The notes: generated by a model from the sequence alone, not told the origin. DNA of 64,000 nucleotides from Bacteroidales bacterium UBA4772 (GCA_002403305.1 DHHM01000023.1:129365-193364); one strand, 5' to 3'; positions 43,770 through 54,545 are shown, counted from the stretch's first letter. Program-made: numbers and translations.

Positions 43770-44624
43770 ATGAAAGAAGAAAGAATTTTCAAGGCCGCAT
43801 CAGGATATCTTTTCCTGCTGCTTGGACTGCTGGTTTTGACAGCTGTGGTTTTTGCATTTATCCATGAGATCATCTGGCTGGGGATTGTACTGATTGTGGT
43901 CTCCATGCTGATCCTTCCGGGACTGATGGTAGTCAACCCGAATGAATCTATGGTGATGGTTCTTTTCGGTGCATACAGGGGCACTGTCAAGACCAACGGT
44001 TTCTGGTGGGCAATTCCCTTTTATTCGCGCAAGAAGATCTCACTGCGTGCCCGCAACTTTGACAGTGAGCCAATCAAGGTCAACGACAAAAACGGAAACC
44101 CGATCAAGATAGGGCTTGTTTTGGTCTGGAAGGTGGAGAACACCTACAAGGCAGCTTTTGATGTTGACAGGTATGAGCACTTTGTGCTTGTGCAGAGTGA
44201 TGCTGCTCTTCGCAAGCTTGCCGGACTCTATCCGTATGACAACTGGGAGGGTCACGAGAATGAGATGACGCTTCGCAGCGGCGGTGAGGAGGTCAATGAC
44301 GAGCTGGAGAAGGAGATAAGGGACAGACTCAAGATCGCCGGTATTTATGTGATTGAAGCAAGAATCAATTACATAGCCTATTCAGAGGAGATCGCCGGCG
44401 CGATGCTCCGTCGCCAGCAGGCTACCGCTGTTGTGGCTGCGCGCTTCAAGATCGTTGAAGGTGCTGTATCCATGGTTGAGATGGCACTGGAGCAGCTCTC
44501 CGAGAAACGCATTATTGACCTTGACGAGGAGAAGAGGGCAGCCATGGTCAGTAACCTCATGGTGGTGCTGTGCGGTGACAAGGATCCCAATCCGATCATC
44601 AACACCGGCACCCTGCATCAGTAG
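43770..44624 (+). CDS. SPFH/band-7 domain membrane protein
   Basis: Two N-terminal hydrophobic helices then a stomatin/prohibitin-like core (..VVNPNESMVMVLFGAYRGTV.., ..AGAMLRRQQATAVVAAR..). Confidence 0.85.
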   Translation: MKEERIFKAASGYLFLLLGLLVLTAVVFAFIHEIIWLGIVLIVVSMLILPGLMVVNPNESMVMVLFGAYRGTVKTNGFWWAIPFYSRKKISLRARNFDSEPIKVNDKNGNPIKIGLVLVWKVENTYKAAFDVDRYEHFVLVQSDAALRKLAGLYPYDNWEGHENEMTLRSGGEEVNDELEKEIRDRLKIAGIYVIEARINYIAYSEEIAGAMLRRQQATAVVAARFKIVEGAVSMVEMALEQLSEKRIIDLDEEKRAAMVSNLMVVLCGDKDPNPIINTGTLHQ

Positions 44625-44626
44625 TT

Positions 44627-44812
44627 ATGCAGAAGAAGTCATTCGTCTTGCGGATGGATCCGGACAAGCTTGGTGCCATTGAGAAATGGGCCTCTGACGA
44701 GTTTCGCAGCACCAACGGTCAGATAGAATGGCTCCTTGACCAGGCATTGCGCAAGGCCGGACGTCTGAAGACAAAAAATGAGAACAAAAACGAAAAGAGT
44801 GATGAAAAATGA
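44627..44812 (+). CDS. Arc/MetJ-type ribbon-helix-helix DNA-binding protein
   Basis: 61 aa. KKSFVLRMDPDKLGAIEKWASDEFRSTNGQIEWLL (beta-strand then two helices) with a Lys/Glu-rich tail. Starts 2 nt after the SPFH stop. Confidence 0.65.
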   Translation: MQKKSFVLRMDPDKLGAIEKWASDEFRSTNGQIEWLLDQALRKAGRLKTKNENKNEKSDEK

Positions 44813-45026
44813 AACGCCAGTGATTAAGTATACCTGTCCGAAATGCGGGGGAAGGCAATACGAAGTAAAAGGTGTGATTATGCAGCACAGCCAGTTCACC
44901 CAGATGTTCAGTATACCGGGGAGGCGTTATACGGCGGTTATATGTGAGAGATGCCGTTACACGGAATTCTATAACCTGCCGCTGAAAAGAATAAAAGAAG
45001 CATTTGACTTTATCCCGGGAGGGTGA
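44802..45026 (+). CDS. Zinc-ribbon protein (two CxxC pairs)
   Basis: Start at MKNETPVIKYTCPKCGG...VICERCRYTEFY. Overlaps the Arc gene by 11 nt. The track start at 44778 is less likely. Confidence 0.6.
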   Translation: MKNETPVIKYTCPKCGGRQYEVKGVIMQHSQFTQMFSIPGRRYTAVICERCRYTEFYNLPLKRIKEAFDFIPGG

Positions 45027-45030
45027 CAGG

Positions 45031-45735
45031 TCACAAATTGGACAGGTAGACAGAGCAGCAGGCCACAACGCCTGCTGTTTCTGTTCTGAGCCGGCTGGGT
45101 CCTATATGCACAGGCTGAAATCCGGCCTGAAGGGCTGCGGTGACCTCCTCCGCTGTGAAGTCGCCCTCCGGACCGATCATCATCACCACATCATCACCCC
45201 GGTTGAAGGCCGAGGTTACAGGTATTCGTTCAACGGCCGGATCACAGGAGGCTATAATCTTCTTACCCGCATACACTCCGGCAATAAAGTCGTCGAATCG
45301 GACTGGATTATTCAGGTGCGGCAGGTAACTTTTGACCGACTGTTTCATGGCAGAGAGGGTCAGACCTTCCAGTCTCTCCCTCCTTATCCTGTTCTTTTCA
45401 GTTCTGGCACAGAGGAGAGGGGTAATTTCATCTATGCCTGTTTCAACGGCCTTTTCAATAAACCATTCAAGCCTGTCACCATTCTTAAGCGGCGATATTG
45501 CAACATGGAGCCTGTATTCCTTCTTTCCGTAATCATGTATCACTGAGGTGACTGTTGCGGACATTGCAGAGGGGTCGGCTTCCTTTATCACTCCCTTGTA
45601 AAGGTTGCCCTGTCCGTCGGTGAAGGTGATCTCTTCTCCGCCTCTCATGCGCAGCACTTTAAGGCAGTGCCGTGACTCCTCCCGGCTGAATAGGGCTCTC
45701 CCGTGAGAAATTTCTACGCAATAAAAAATCTGCAT
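45031..45735 (-). CDS. rsmE: 16S rRNA (uracil1498-N3)-methyltransferase
   Basis: Start at MQIFYCVE.. PUA-like N-terminus (SRHCLKVLRMRGGEEI) and SPOUT C-terminus (MMIGPEGDFTAEEV...LRTETA). Confidence 0.85.
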   Translation of the reverse strand: MQIFYCVEISHGRALFSREESRHCLKVLRMRGGEEITFTDGQGNLYKGVIKEADPSAMSATVTSVIHDYGKKEYRLHVAISPLKNGDRLEWFIEKAVETGIDEITPLLCARTEKNRIRRERLEGLTLSAMKQSVKSYLPHLNNPVRFDDFIAGVYAGKKIIASCDPAVERIPVTSAFNRGDDVVMMIGPEGDFTAEEVTAALQAGFQPVHIGPSRLRTETAGVVACCSVYLSNL

Positions 45736-45793
45736 TTTTCCGCTTCTTTCCGCAAATTTACGGATTTTAGCAGTTGTAATTTCAATTCCGGTA

Positions 45794-46303
45794 ATGAAGA
45801 TAGGCGTCATGTCAGACACTCATGGCTGGGTTGCCCCGGCTGTTTATGAACATTTTGCAGAGGTCGATGAGATCTGGCATGCGGGTGATGCCGGCAGCGT
45901 TGACGTAATAACAGAGATGGAGACCTTCAGGCCCCTTCGTGCCGTCTGGGGAAACATTGACGGATTTGAAGTCAGGAGAGCGACACAGGAGTATCTCTTT
46001 TTCAGGGCCGGCTCAAAGAAAGTACTGATAATACATGTAGGAGGATATCCCGGTCATTATGCGCCACGCGCGCTGGAACTCATAAGGGAACTGAAGCCCG
46101 ACATATTCGTGTGCGGTCATTCACATATATGCAAGGTTATCTACGACAAAAGCCACAAAATGCTCTGTATCAATCCCGGTGCTGCCGGAAAGACGGGTAT
46201 GCACCATGTCATGACTCTCCTTCGGTTTACGATCGAAGGTGATACCCTGTCTGAAATGGAGGTGATTGAGTTTGGGAACCGTGGCCGCAGCGGCGATTAC
46301 TGA
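45794..46303 (+). CDS. YfcE/MJ0936-family metallophosphoesterase
   Basis: MKIGVMSDTHG, HAGD, GNID and VCGHSH motifs. 169 aa. Confidence 0.8.
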   Translation: MKIGVMSDTHGWVAPAVYEHFAEVDEIWHAGDAGSVDVITEMETFRPLRAVWGNIDGFEVRRATQEYLFFRAGSKKVLIIHVGGYPGHYAPRALELIRELKPDIFVCGHSHICKVIYDKSHKMLCINPGAAGKTGMHHVMTLLRFTIEGDTLSEMEVIEFGNRGRSGDY

Positions 46304-49300
46304 TCATACCGGTAGGAATTCTCTTCAAAACCGCTGCCCCCGCTCTCCATTCGTCTGAGGAACCTCTCCAGCCTGTCAGGCAGTCCGATCATGTACTGGT
46401 ATTCATCACGTGACCGTGCGCCGGGATCTCTTCTATCCTTCTCCTTTATACTGTTGAGAAGGTCATTGTATGAGGAGTTGGATGAGTAGCTCATCATTAT
46501 TCCCCTGAAGTATGAGAACCAGTACCATACATTGTTGTCTGCCTTAAGGTAGATATCCAGGAGGTCACCCGATCTCTTTCTCTGCAGCTCCACCCAACCG
46601 TCAACATATACATTCAGGGGCTGGTTCCCGATGAATCCAACCCCGATCTTTCCTTCTGAGATGAAAGACATGGAAGAGGCATTCCAGACCAGTGTAACGT
46701 CGTTGAGCAGCATCCGGAACGAATATTCCTTAGGAAGCGATCTGGCCACGCCGAAGAGCTGGAGCTCCTCATTGAGCGTTCTTGCAGCCTGCACTCCTAT
46801 CAGGTCGCGCATTGCCTTGCTGTTGAATTCAGAAGAGAGGTTGACAGTACGGAGTGTTGGTACGGTCCGAATGTCGCCGGCCATAAGTTCAAGAGCCTCT
46901 GCGCTGTAGTGGAAGGAGAGGCCGAGCATGGTCTGTACCCTTACCTTTGACGAGTCAGTGTTGTGGGTGATGAGGCCGGCGCTGCTGAGCCGTACCCTGT
47001 CATAGTTGACACCGAAGTCAATCTTGCCTTCGCTGCCAAGGATGCAGAAGTTTCTGTCGAAAGAGACAATGTTGCCGGGAAGGCTTCGGTCTGCGAGCTT
47101 TTCAAGGGATGCAATGTGATACTTGCCCGCACCCCGGTCGTGGAACAGGTATCCGCTGGCTGTCAGTAGCGGATTGTCACTCCACGACTTCCTTGGAGAG
47201 AGGAAGGTGCCGTATACACCGGAAGAATCAAGAGTTACGAATGTGCCCGAGAAGAGCAGATTATCATCCCTGTCTCTCGGTTTTTCGTCAACAGGAATAA
47301 GGATATTCATCGGATCTATCATGGAGCTGAATTTCACCGGCAGGTTACTTATATTATTACAGGCGGTGACAATGCCTGCAGCCCCGGTGAATCCAAGGTG
47401 CTCTTCGGCTGCCCGGAGGCTCACGTCACCGGAGAATGTGAACGCAGGGCTGAGGGTAAAGTCCTGTGATTCGGGGATATATCCTGTGGCTTTTGTGGCC
47501 ATGGTGTCAACCCTGATCTCCGAAAACTCTATCACCTGGCTTTCTCCTGTCTCGTCCGTATAATCATATTTGCCCGATCCGTAATAGTTTGCACTGCTCT
47601 CAATATTTATCCTTGCCGAATGTATCAGGTGTCTGTTGTTTATTGCCACCAGGGCACTGTCTGTCTCTTTTATTCTTGCGCCCCGCGAGATGTAGAGAAC
47701 GCCTCCGCCGGGTTGCACAAGCGCATCGGCCACCGGAATGTAATTGACATCCCTCACTTCAAGTGACTCATCCTGTAAGTAGTAGGATGCGGAGCCCGAC
47801 TGAAACTTCACGGTATCCTTCATGTTGTTGGTAGAGAGGAATGTCGGTTTCTCCACCATCCCCGGTGGCACCCTGAGAAGCTGGTCAGCCGTAAGGAGGG
47901 CCGAGGTCTCCCTTCCTTTCTGCCACATATCCAGCACCTTACTTTGCATGTCATATTCAAAGTTGGTCATCCTGGAGAAATATTCGATACCCGGAAATAC
48001 TACGAAAGATGAATCGGTATTGAGGCTGAAATCAGATTTCTGCTCCGCAAAATCGACACGTGTTTTTGCATTGCTTGCAACGAAGCCGTAGCCGCTGCCG
48101 CGAAGTGCCTTCAGGTAATAGTCGGATGTGTCGGCATCAACCGTCATGGTGCCAAAGGAGAAGGTCTCAGAGGTAATGCGGGAATCAGCCATCTCTGTCT
48201 GTCCGCTTCCCTCAAGCCTGTCCGGCTTGAGTATGAGTGTCCCTTCCATTGTAGTACCATTCCCGAACATATTGAAGAGCTTTCCCTCACTGCTCTGGGC
48301 ATACCACTCATCAGTGGCTGTGAGCCACTGGATATCAACATCTTCCGAGCTAAGTTCCGGAAATCTCTGCAGGGTGTCAGGCTTCATTGTAAACCTGTCA
48401 GCCCTGGTTATCATGAATTCAGGAAAAAAGCGAAATGTGTCAGCAACGGCAGTAGCCGTCAGATGGTCGACACGGCCACTGCCGACCAGTCCTGAGTTGC
48501 TCATACTGAGATGGTTGTACAGCGTGCCCCGTCCGTCGTAAATGGGAATGCCTTCCGGCGGAATCGTCATGGTGAATCCCAGGGATGTGTCGGGTTGTAC
48601 AGTGAGGATCTGTCGCATGGGTTCTATAATTCCGCCCCCGACAAATGTGCCCGAGAGGGCCATGTCCTCATTGGTGTAGTGATCTATGTTGTTGTATGTA
48701 AAGGGATCAAGCCTGAAGTAGAACTTCTCCTTTTCATATAGCCCGTCGAGATCACGTATCTCATCGTAAAAGATGTATGAGTCCTTGATGGAATTGATGA
48801 TGGGGTATTGCCTGAGGCTTTTCAGTCCCGATTTATTGAGAGGATCATCAATAAGCAGCCGTGCTGACGCCATCTCGATCATATTATCGATACGCTTTAT
48901 CACCGGCCTTCCAAACGCATCCCTCTCTTCGGTCTCAACGGCAATCTTCAGGGAATCGATCCTGTTAAGAAAGATGCTGAAGGTATCATAGCTGAATGAA
49001 AACTGTTTCCCGTATATTGTGAACAGGCCGGCCTGGACCATGCCGTCAAAAGAGACAGACCTGTTTTTGCCTATCACCAGACGGCCTCCGTAGGGTCTTA
49101 TGGCCACATTTTGCGAGTCGCTCAGTGAAACCGCTCTTACTCCTCTTATATCAAGCTCATAGGTGTTGAGATCCAGTATGGCGTTTTCTTCTTCGTCACG
49201 GGTTTCACTATATATGGAGATGGCATCATAATCCTTCTTCTTGGCGAATGATGCAATATAATCGTCGACTTTTGGCTTGATGGCTACCTCGTTGAAGTTA

Positions 49301-50790
49301 CGGTCATAAAAGAGAAAGCCGTTGTTTGCCAGCTCAATGCAGAGGGCTGTTGCCTGTTCCACAGGCATGCGAAGCCATTTCGCAAGACCTTCAACGGGGA
49401 AGATGTCATACCCGTATGATTTCGCATAGTCGCGAATGCGGTAGAGAGGATGGACCTCGTCGAACCTCATCAGTCTGAAGAAGTTAGCCTCGTTATAGAA
49501 TGAGACAGACTCGAACCTTGCCGCGCCTATTGACGAACCCCTTGTCCGTGACATAATAATGAACGGGTCATCCATATCCCATGAGAGATGTTCAAAGTAG
49601 AGGTCAAGATTATGGTAGGAATCAAAATATGGGCTTCGTGACAGCGGGCTGTTTGTCCGGAACATGCTTACCTCCCTGGTGGTGGCATTGTAGGAGAAGC
49701 CCAGACTTGAGTGGAAGACTGAGTCCCGGTCGAGAAAGAGGGTAGAGGAGGCATCGATACTGCTGATGCTCTTCTGTGAAAGCAGGAAGTTTTTGGATGA
49801 TACATGAATGGCCAGGGTGTCATTCCTGTAGAGGCTGATGCCGGCCGGGAACCAGTTGGTGCCCGTGCCTCTGACAAGGGCACCTTCGAGCGCCAGGCCT
49901 CCCTCATAGTCAACGTCCCTGTATATATCTTCAATGAAAAACCTGTTTTCATATGTCTCAAACCTGGGCATGGTTGCCTTTTCAGGTGAGACAATCTCCA
50001 CTGCCCTGTCGGTCAGCTTCCCGGGCACCGGCTCCGGGAAGTAGCCGGGGTGGGTGAGGAGCGAAGAGTCACAGGTGAATTCGCTCTTTGTCACATCTAT
50101 ATAGAAATCAGAAACGGTGGCGAATACTTTTGATGGGTCATAACCTGCTTTCTGCCACGTCACTGTTCCCTCTTTGCAGTAGAGGCGGAAGAGATCGGGG
50201 TAGTATGTGCCGGAGAAGTCATAGATTTCAGTGCTGTCCTTTCCCAGGAAGCCTATTAGCGTCACTGTTCTGATGTCAATTTTCAGGACGGTATCACGCA
50301 CAAACTCAAGCTTTCCGCCCCTGGTCTTCCATCTCACTGATCCGGCCGCGTAGATGGTATGGTCAACGAGCAGCAGCCCGGTCACCTCAATGAACTTCTC
50401 GATGGAGGAATTGGAGAACCTGGGGTCAAAAGCCATCTCGCTGAGTCCTTCCAGCCACGCGCTCACCTCATTTTTATCCTGGTTGGTCTCCACAAAGTCG
50501 GTGAGGGTTCGCACAAAATAGATAAAACCGGGTATCTGGCTCACTCTTCGCCCCCTGAGCTGGCTGGCAACGTTAATAATCCTGTCTTTCGTCTCATGCG
50601 AGAAGCAGGTGCTGTCATAGAGTGATTTGAAAAGATCAATCTCTGCTATTTCCGATTTGCTGACCAGGGTGCCCATGAAGGTAGTCAGCTCTGCGGTAAA
50701 TGTGGCCGTGTCACCGGAGAACTGTTCCTGACCGACAGCACATAGTGCAGGCAGTGCCGCAGCCAGAAAAATGAGAATGATCTTTTTCAT
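46297..50790 (-). CDS. Very large secreted protein of unknown function (1497 aa)
   Basis: Uninterrupted 4.5-kb ORF with signal peptide MKKIILIFLAAALPALCAVGQ. Composition is beta-rich by eye, with no catalytic or repeat motif recognised. Starts 7 nt downstream of tpiA. Confidence 0.75.
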   Translation of the reverse strand: MKKIILIFLAAALPALCAVGQEQFSGDTATFTAELTTFMGTLVSKSEIAEIDLFKSLYDSTCFSHETKDRIINVASQLRGRRVSQIPGFIYFVRTLTDFVETNQDKNEVSAWLEGLSEMAFDPRFSNSSIEKFIEVTGLLLVDHTIYAAGSVRWKTRGGKLEFVRDTVLKIDIRTVTLIGFLGKDSTEIYDFSGTYYPDLFRLYCKEGTVTWQKAGYDPSKVFATVSDFYIDVTKSEFTCDSSLLTHPGYFPEPVPGKLTDRAVEIVSPEKATMPRFETYENRFFIEDIYRDVDYEGGLALEGALVRGTGTNWFPAGISLYRNDTLAIHVSSKNFLLSQKSISSIDASSTLFLDRDSVFHSSLGFSYNATTREVSMFRTNSPLSRSPYFDSYHNLDLYFEHLSWDMDDPFIIMSRTRGSSIGAARFESVSFYNEANFFRLMRFDEVHPLYRIRDYAKSYGYDIFPVEGLAKWLRMPVEQATALCIELANNGFLFYDRNFNEVAIKPKVDDYIASFAKKKDYDAISIYSETRDEEENAILDLNTYELDIRGVRAVSLSDSQNVAIRPYGGRLVIGKNRSVSFDGMVQAGLFTIYGKQFSFSYDTFSIFLNRIDSLKIAVETEERDAFGRPVIKRIDNMIEMASARLLIDDPLNKSGLKSLRQYPIINSIKDSYIFYDEIRDLDGLYEKEKFYFRLDPFTYNNIDHYTNEDMALSGTFVGGGIIEPMRQILTVQPDTSLGFTMTIPPEGIPIYDGRGTLYNHLSMSNSGLVGSGRVDHLTATAVADTFRFFPEFMITRADRFTMKPDTLQRFPELSSEDVDIQWLTATDEWYAQSSEGKLFNMFGNGTTMEGTLILKPDRLEGSGQTEMADSRITSETFSFGTMTVDADTSDYYLKALRGSGYGFVASNAKTRVDFAEQKSDFSLNTDSSFVVFPGIEYFSRMTNFEYDMQSKVLDMWQKGRETSALLTADQLLRVPPGMVEKPTFLSTNNMKDTVKFQSGSASYYLQDESLEVRDVNYIPVADALVQPGGGVLYISRGARIKETDSALVAINNRHLIHSARINIESSANYYGSGKYDYTDETGESQVIEFSEIRVDTMATKATGYIPESQDFTLSPAFTFSGDVSLRAAEEHLGFTGAAGIVTACNNISNLPVKFSSMIDPMNILIPVDEKPRDRDDNLLFSGTFVTLDSSGVYGTFLSPRKSWSDNPLLTASGYLFHDRGAGKYHIASLEKLADRSLPGNIVSFDRNFCILGSEGKIDFGVNYDRVRLSSAGLITHNTDSSKVRVQTMLGLSFHYSAEALELMAGDIRTVPTLRTVNLSSEFNSKAMRDLIGVQAARTLNEELQLFGVARSLPKEYSFRMLLNDVTLVWNASSMSFISEGKIGVGFIGNQPLNVYVDGWVELQRKRSGDLLDIYLKADNNVWYWFSYFRGIMMSYSSNSSYNDLLNSIKEKDRRDPGARSRDEYQYMIGLPDRLERFLRRMESGGSGFEENSYRYDQ

Positions 50791-50797
50791 CGTGGTG

Positions 50798-51556
50798 TCA
50801 AAGGGCCTTGACTATATTCAGAAATTCCTCCCTGACCAGTGATGCCCCTCCGATGAGTCCGCCGTCGACATCAGGATTGGCAAAGAGTTCTGCTGCGTTT
50901 GATGCCTTGCAGCTACCGCCGTAGAGTATGGCAGTATCTTCTGCCGTCTCGTCTCCGTACTTTTCCCTGACGAGGCTGCGGATGAAGAAGTGCATCTCCT
51001 GTGCCTGTGCGGGGCTGGCTGTTACGCCTGTACCGATGGCCCAAACGGGTTCATAGGCAATGATGCACCTGCTGAAATCTTCCCTGGGAAGCACGAACAG
51101 AGCTTTGCTCAGCTGTCTCCTGACAACATCAAAATGGATGTTCTTCTCTCTCTCTGCCAATACCTCCCCGCAGCAGAATATCACGCGCAGACCGTTATAA
51201 AGAGCCTCGGCAGTCTTGGCTGCAAGAAGTTCATCATCTTCACCGTAATATGAGCGGCGTTCCGAGTGGCCAATGATAACGCTTGACGCTCCCGTGCTTT
51301 TTATCATGGCGGCAGATATCTCACCGGTGTAGGCGCCCGATCTGTGGTCATTACAGTTCTGAGCCCCTGTACTCAGACCGGGAGCATTAAGCAGAGGGCC
51401 CACGATACTCAGATGGATGGCCGGAGTGCAGAGAATAACCTCCTTGCCGTCAGGCGGCTCGCTGATAAGCTGTTTGTTGATACTGGTTGCCAGGGCTACA
51501 CCCTCGCCAAGATCCATGTTCATCTTCCAGTTTCCTGCTACTATCTTCTTTCTCAT
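50798..51556 (-). CDS. tpiA: Triosephosphate isomerase
   Basis: [27 protein letters not shown] and YGGS motifs. Confidence 0.96.
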   Translation of the reverse strand: MRKKIVAGNWKMNMDLGEGVALATSINKQLISEPPDGKEVILCTPAIHLSIVGPLLNAPGLSTGAQNCNDHRSGAYTGEISAAMIKSTGASSVIIGHSERRSYYGEDDELLAAKTAEALYNGLRVIFCCGEVLAEREKNIHFDVVRRQLSKALFVLPREDFSRCIIAYEPVWAIGTGVTASPAQAQEMHFFIRSLVREKYGDETAEDTAILYGGSCKASNAAELFANPDVDGGLIGGASLVREEFLNIVKAL

Positions 51557-51567
51557 TGTATTGATAT

Positions 51568-52812
51568 TTATTGTTTAATCTTATTGTTTTCGTTCCTCTC
51601 TTTTAAACTGAAGGGCAGTGTCACTGCGACGGCGAGAAGAACGGTGAGAATGGCGATCACGGTGACCATCCTGCTACTTCTCTTTGTCTGTGTCCTCATG
51701 GCAAGGGCATTCAGATCACCTGAAAACTCTTCAGTATCGGGAAGATTCTGATATGACCATTTACCCGTTATGGTACCATTGTGCAGAAGCATAAATCCCG
51801 GATCAGATCTTATAATTGTCTTGAGAGTGATCTCATCGGCATAGAGCGCATCGAAGCCGGTGACCATGTCGCGGGCTTCATTAGGCGGAGTCGCAGTAAT
51901 GATATAAAATCTCACCCCCTGATTTTGCAGCGTCAGCCCGAGATCATAACCCCTGGCAAGCCCGTCCCTGTCTGACTCTGCAAGATCCCTGGCAATCATG
52001 AGCATTACATCTCCGGGTTGGCCTGTTACCTGGTCAGTCATGTCCAGCCCCTGCTCCGTCACAAGCGTAAAATCGTGTATAGGTGGCACATAGCCTTTAG
52101 ATATCAGCACGGACTTCTGGTCGATGAATTTCCATGCCGTGTCATCTGCAGGATAATCGTTCAGGGTGAACTCCTGCTGCACCCCATCTTTCTCATAAAT
52201 GAACCTGATATCATACTTGTCGGGCTCCGCGTCAGGCGGTACAGCCATTGCTCCAGGAAGGTTGGTGCCTGTGCTGTAGTGCCTGAAGTCTATCACCGGG
52301 AGACAGGCAAGGTTGTATCTCATGAAGAGAAGAAAAATGAAGATAAATGCCAGGGTGGCATTCAATCCGGTCATTACGGGCAGAACTGCTGTTTTGTCCC
52401 TCCTCCTGGCAAAAACAAAGACAACCATCAGGGTTATGGCAATGTTCTTGAAGAATGTCTGCCAGTTGGTCAGAACGACAGCATCGCCGAAGCACCCGCA
52501 GTCGGATACTGGGTTATATATAGCAAGTACCAGTGTCAGCGGTGTGAAGAGTGCCATAAACAGTGCTGCCATCCACGAGGCAATGGTTACCATTGATCCT
52601 GTGATGAGCATCATCCCTGTGACAAATTCGATAAGGCAGAGCAGTATTGAGAGGGGGACGGCAATACCGTCAAGCCACTCCATCCCGAAGGCTGTAAGGT
52701 AGTCTCCTATTTTAAAGGCAGTACCCATAGGGTCAATGCCTTTTACAAATCCTGAAAAAACAAATATCAGACCTGTTACTATCCTGCTTATCCGTGTCAG
52801 GGTGCTCATCAT
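51568..52812 (-). CDS. DoxX/MauE-like membrane domain fused to a C-terminal soluble domain
   Basis: N-terminal ~150 aa with 4 TM (..[23 protein letters not shown]..), then a ~230-aa soluble part and a C-terminal TM helix. Confidence 0.6.
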   Translation of the reverse strand: MMSTLTRISRIVTGLIFVFSGFVKGIDPMGTAFKIGDYLTAFGMEWLDGIAVPLSILLCLIEFVTGMMLITGSMVTIASWMAALFMALFTPLTLVLAIYNPVSDCGCFGDAVVLTNWQTFFKNIAITLMVVFVFARRRDKTAVLPVMTGLNATLAFIFIFLLFMRYNLACLPVIDFRHYSTGTNLPGAMAVPPDAEPDKYDIRFIYEKDGVQQEFTLNDYPADDTAWKFIDQKSVLISKGYVPPIHDFTLVTEQGLDMTDQVTGQPGDVMLMIARDLAESDRDGLARGYDLGLTLQNQGVRFYIITATPPNEARDMVTGFDALYADEITLKTIIRSDPGFMLLHNGTITGKWSYQNLPDTEEFSGDLNALAMRTQTKRSSRMVTVIAILTVLLAVAVTLPFSLKERNENNKIKQ

Positions 52813-53495
52813 AAAATATTTTTCTCGTTAAGTTTTGTCAGTATCAGTCCGAATATCTCTTCCGGCGCAAGGATTTCACTTTTGTTGTTGTAACAGTTGA
52901 TCACCTCCAGGCTGGGGTCGGCAGATGCCACCTTCAGGTACATTTCACGTACCTTTTTCTGGAAGCTGAGGCTGCTTTCGTGTATGTCAACCCGTCCGTT
53001 CAGGTAGCTTCTGTCATTTCCGGTACGCCGGTTTGCAAGTTTCTCGGCTGTGAACCTGAAAGGAACATCCAGAAAAATGTTGATATCAGGCCTGGGAATG
53101 GCAAAGTGTCTGAATTCAAGCTCGAGAATCCACTCCTGCAGCTTCTTCTCTTCTTCAGGGGAGGTCAGTTTTGCACACTGGTATGCAATATTTGAATAGG
53201 CATAGCGGTCAAGGATCACGTAATTTCCCTCACTGAGCCATCTCTTGATCATCTGGGAGGCGTCACTGCGGTCACCGGCATAGAGCATTGCCACAAGGTA
53301 GGGGTCGACCTGGCTGATCTCGCCGAATTCGCCTCTCAGGAAGCGGGCAATCAGCTCTCCGAACCATGGTGCATCCATGCGGGGAAAATGGATATAACGG
53401 TGATTGATTTTTCTCTCAGTGAACCACTCCTTAAGCATACCGATCTGTGTCGATTTGCCTGCTCCGTCCAGTCCTTCTATAACAATAAGCTTCAT
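52809..53495 (-). CDS. tmk: Thymidylate (dTMP) kinase family protein
   Basis: P-loop IVIEGLDGAGKSTQ and a DRY-like motif (ILDRYAYSNIAYQ). 4-nt overlap with the downstream gene. Confidence 0.65.
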   Translation of the reverse strand: MKLIVIEGLDGAGKSTQIGMLKEWFTERKINHRYIHFPRMDAPWFGELIARFLRGEFGEISQVDPYLVAMLYAGDRSDASQMIKRWLSEGNYVILDRYAYSNIAYQCAKLTSPEEEKKLQEWILELEFRHFAIPRPDINIFLDVPFRFTAEKLANRRTGNDRSYLNGRVDIHESSLSFQKKVREMYLKVASADPSLEVINCYNNKSEILAPEEIFGLILTKLNEKNIL

Positions 53496-53636
53496 CTCCC
53501 TGTTGCAGTATCTATGACGGTTCTCCGGCTTATCCGGGGTTTTAAAGATAGAAAATTAATGAAAAGCCACCCGGACCGCTGCATACTCAATTTATGAACA
53601 GGATATAAAGCCTGAATATTGTAGTGATCCAATGCC

Positions 53637-53644
53637 TATATTTG
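53637..53644 (+). promoter_or_regulatory. -7 box (TAnnTTTG) candidate for folP-cdaA
   Basis: TATATTTG, 20 nt upstream of the folP ATG. Confidence 0.35.
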
Positions 53645-53663
53645 TGATTACACGATAAAGATC

Positions 53664-54518
53664 ATGTTTATAAACATAAAAGGGCGACTGGTTGACCTTG
53701 CCAAGCCCCGGATAATGGGGATTATCAATCTGACGGAAGATTCCTTCTACTCTTCCAGCCGGTACAATTCTGACAGTGAGATTCTCGGCGCAGCAGAGAA
53801 TATGCTTTCCGAGGGAGCTGATATCCTTGATCTGGGAGGCTGCTCCACACGTCCCGGATCAGCCGCAGTGACAGCAGAGGCAGAGAAGAGACGCGTCTGC
53901 GATGCAATCGGGCTAATCCGCAAAGCCTTTCCGGATTGTGTCATTTCGGTTGACACCTACCGTGCCGCTGTGGCTGAGGCGGCGGTGAGGAGCGCCGGTG
54001 CCGACATTATAAATGACATCTCCGGCGGAGAGTTAGACCAGGGTATGTTTCCGCTGGTTGCCGGGCTGAATATTCCCTACGTAATGATGCATATGCAGGG
54101 GACACCTCAGACCATGCAGCTCAATCCCACCTATGTGGATGTAGTTTCAGATATCCTGCAATGGTTAAGTGAGAGGGCCGTAAGGCTCAGGCAGGCAGGA
54201 GTGAAGGATATAATTCTTGACGCTGGTTTCGGGTTCGGCAAGACGACGGAACATAATTTCGAGATGCTCCGGCGGTTCTCTGAGTTCAGGGTGGCAGGGA
54301 TGCCCCTGCTGGCCGGACTCTCACGGAAGTCGATGATCTGGAGGACTCTGGATGTTACTCCCGATGAGGCACTTACTGGAACAGCGGCACTGAATATGAC
54401 CGCACTGATGAAGGGAGCCTCGATCCTGCGGGTGCATGATGTCCGTGAGGCCCGCCAGGTGGTCACTCTTTTTGAAAAGATTTACCCGGAGGGTATCCTA
54501 TTCGATCAATATTCTTAA
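53664..54518 (+). CDS. folP: Dihydropteroate synthase
   Basis: IMGIINLTEDSFY, DILDLGGCSTRPG, SVDTY, INDISGG and GFGFGKT motifs. Confidence 0.92.
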   Translation: MFINIKGRLVDLAKPRIMGIINLTEDSFYSSSRYNSDSEILGAAENMLSEGADILDLGGCSTRPGSAAVTAEAEKRRVCDAIGLIRKAFPDCVISVDTYRAAVAEAAVRSAGADIINDISGGELDQGMFPLVAGLNIPYVMMHMQGTPQTMQLNPTYVDVVSDILQWLSERAVRLRQAGVKDIILDAGFGFGKTTEHNFEMLRRFSEFRVAGMPLLAGLSRKSMIWRTLDVTPDEALTGTAALNMTALMKGASILRVHDVREARQVVTLFEKIYPEGILFDQYS

Positions 54519-54545
54519 ATTTGTCGGTCACCGCACTCAGGTTTC

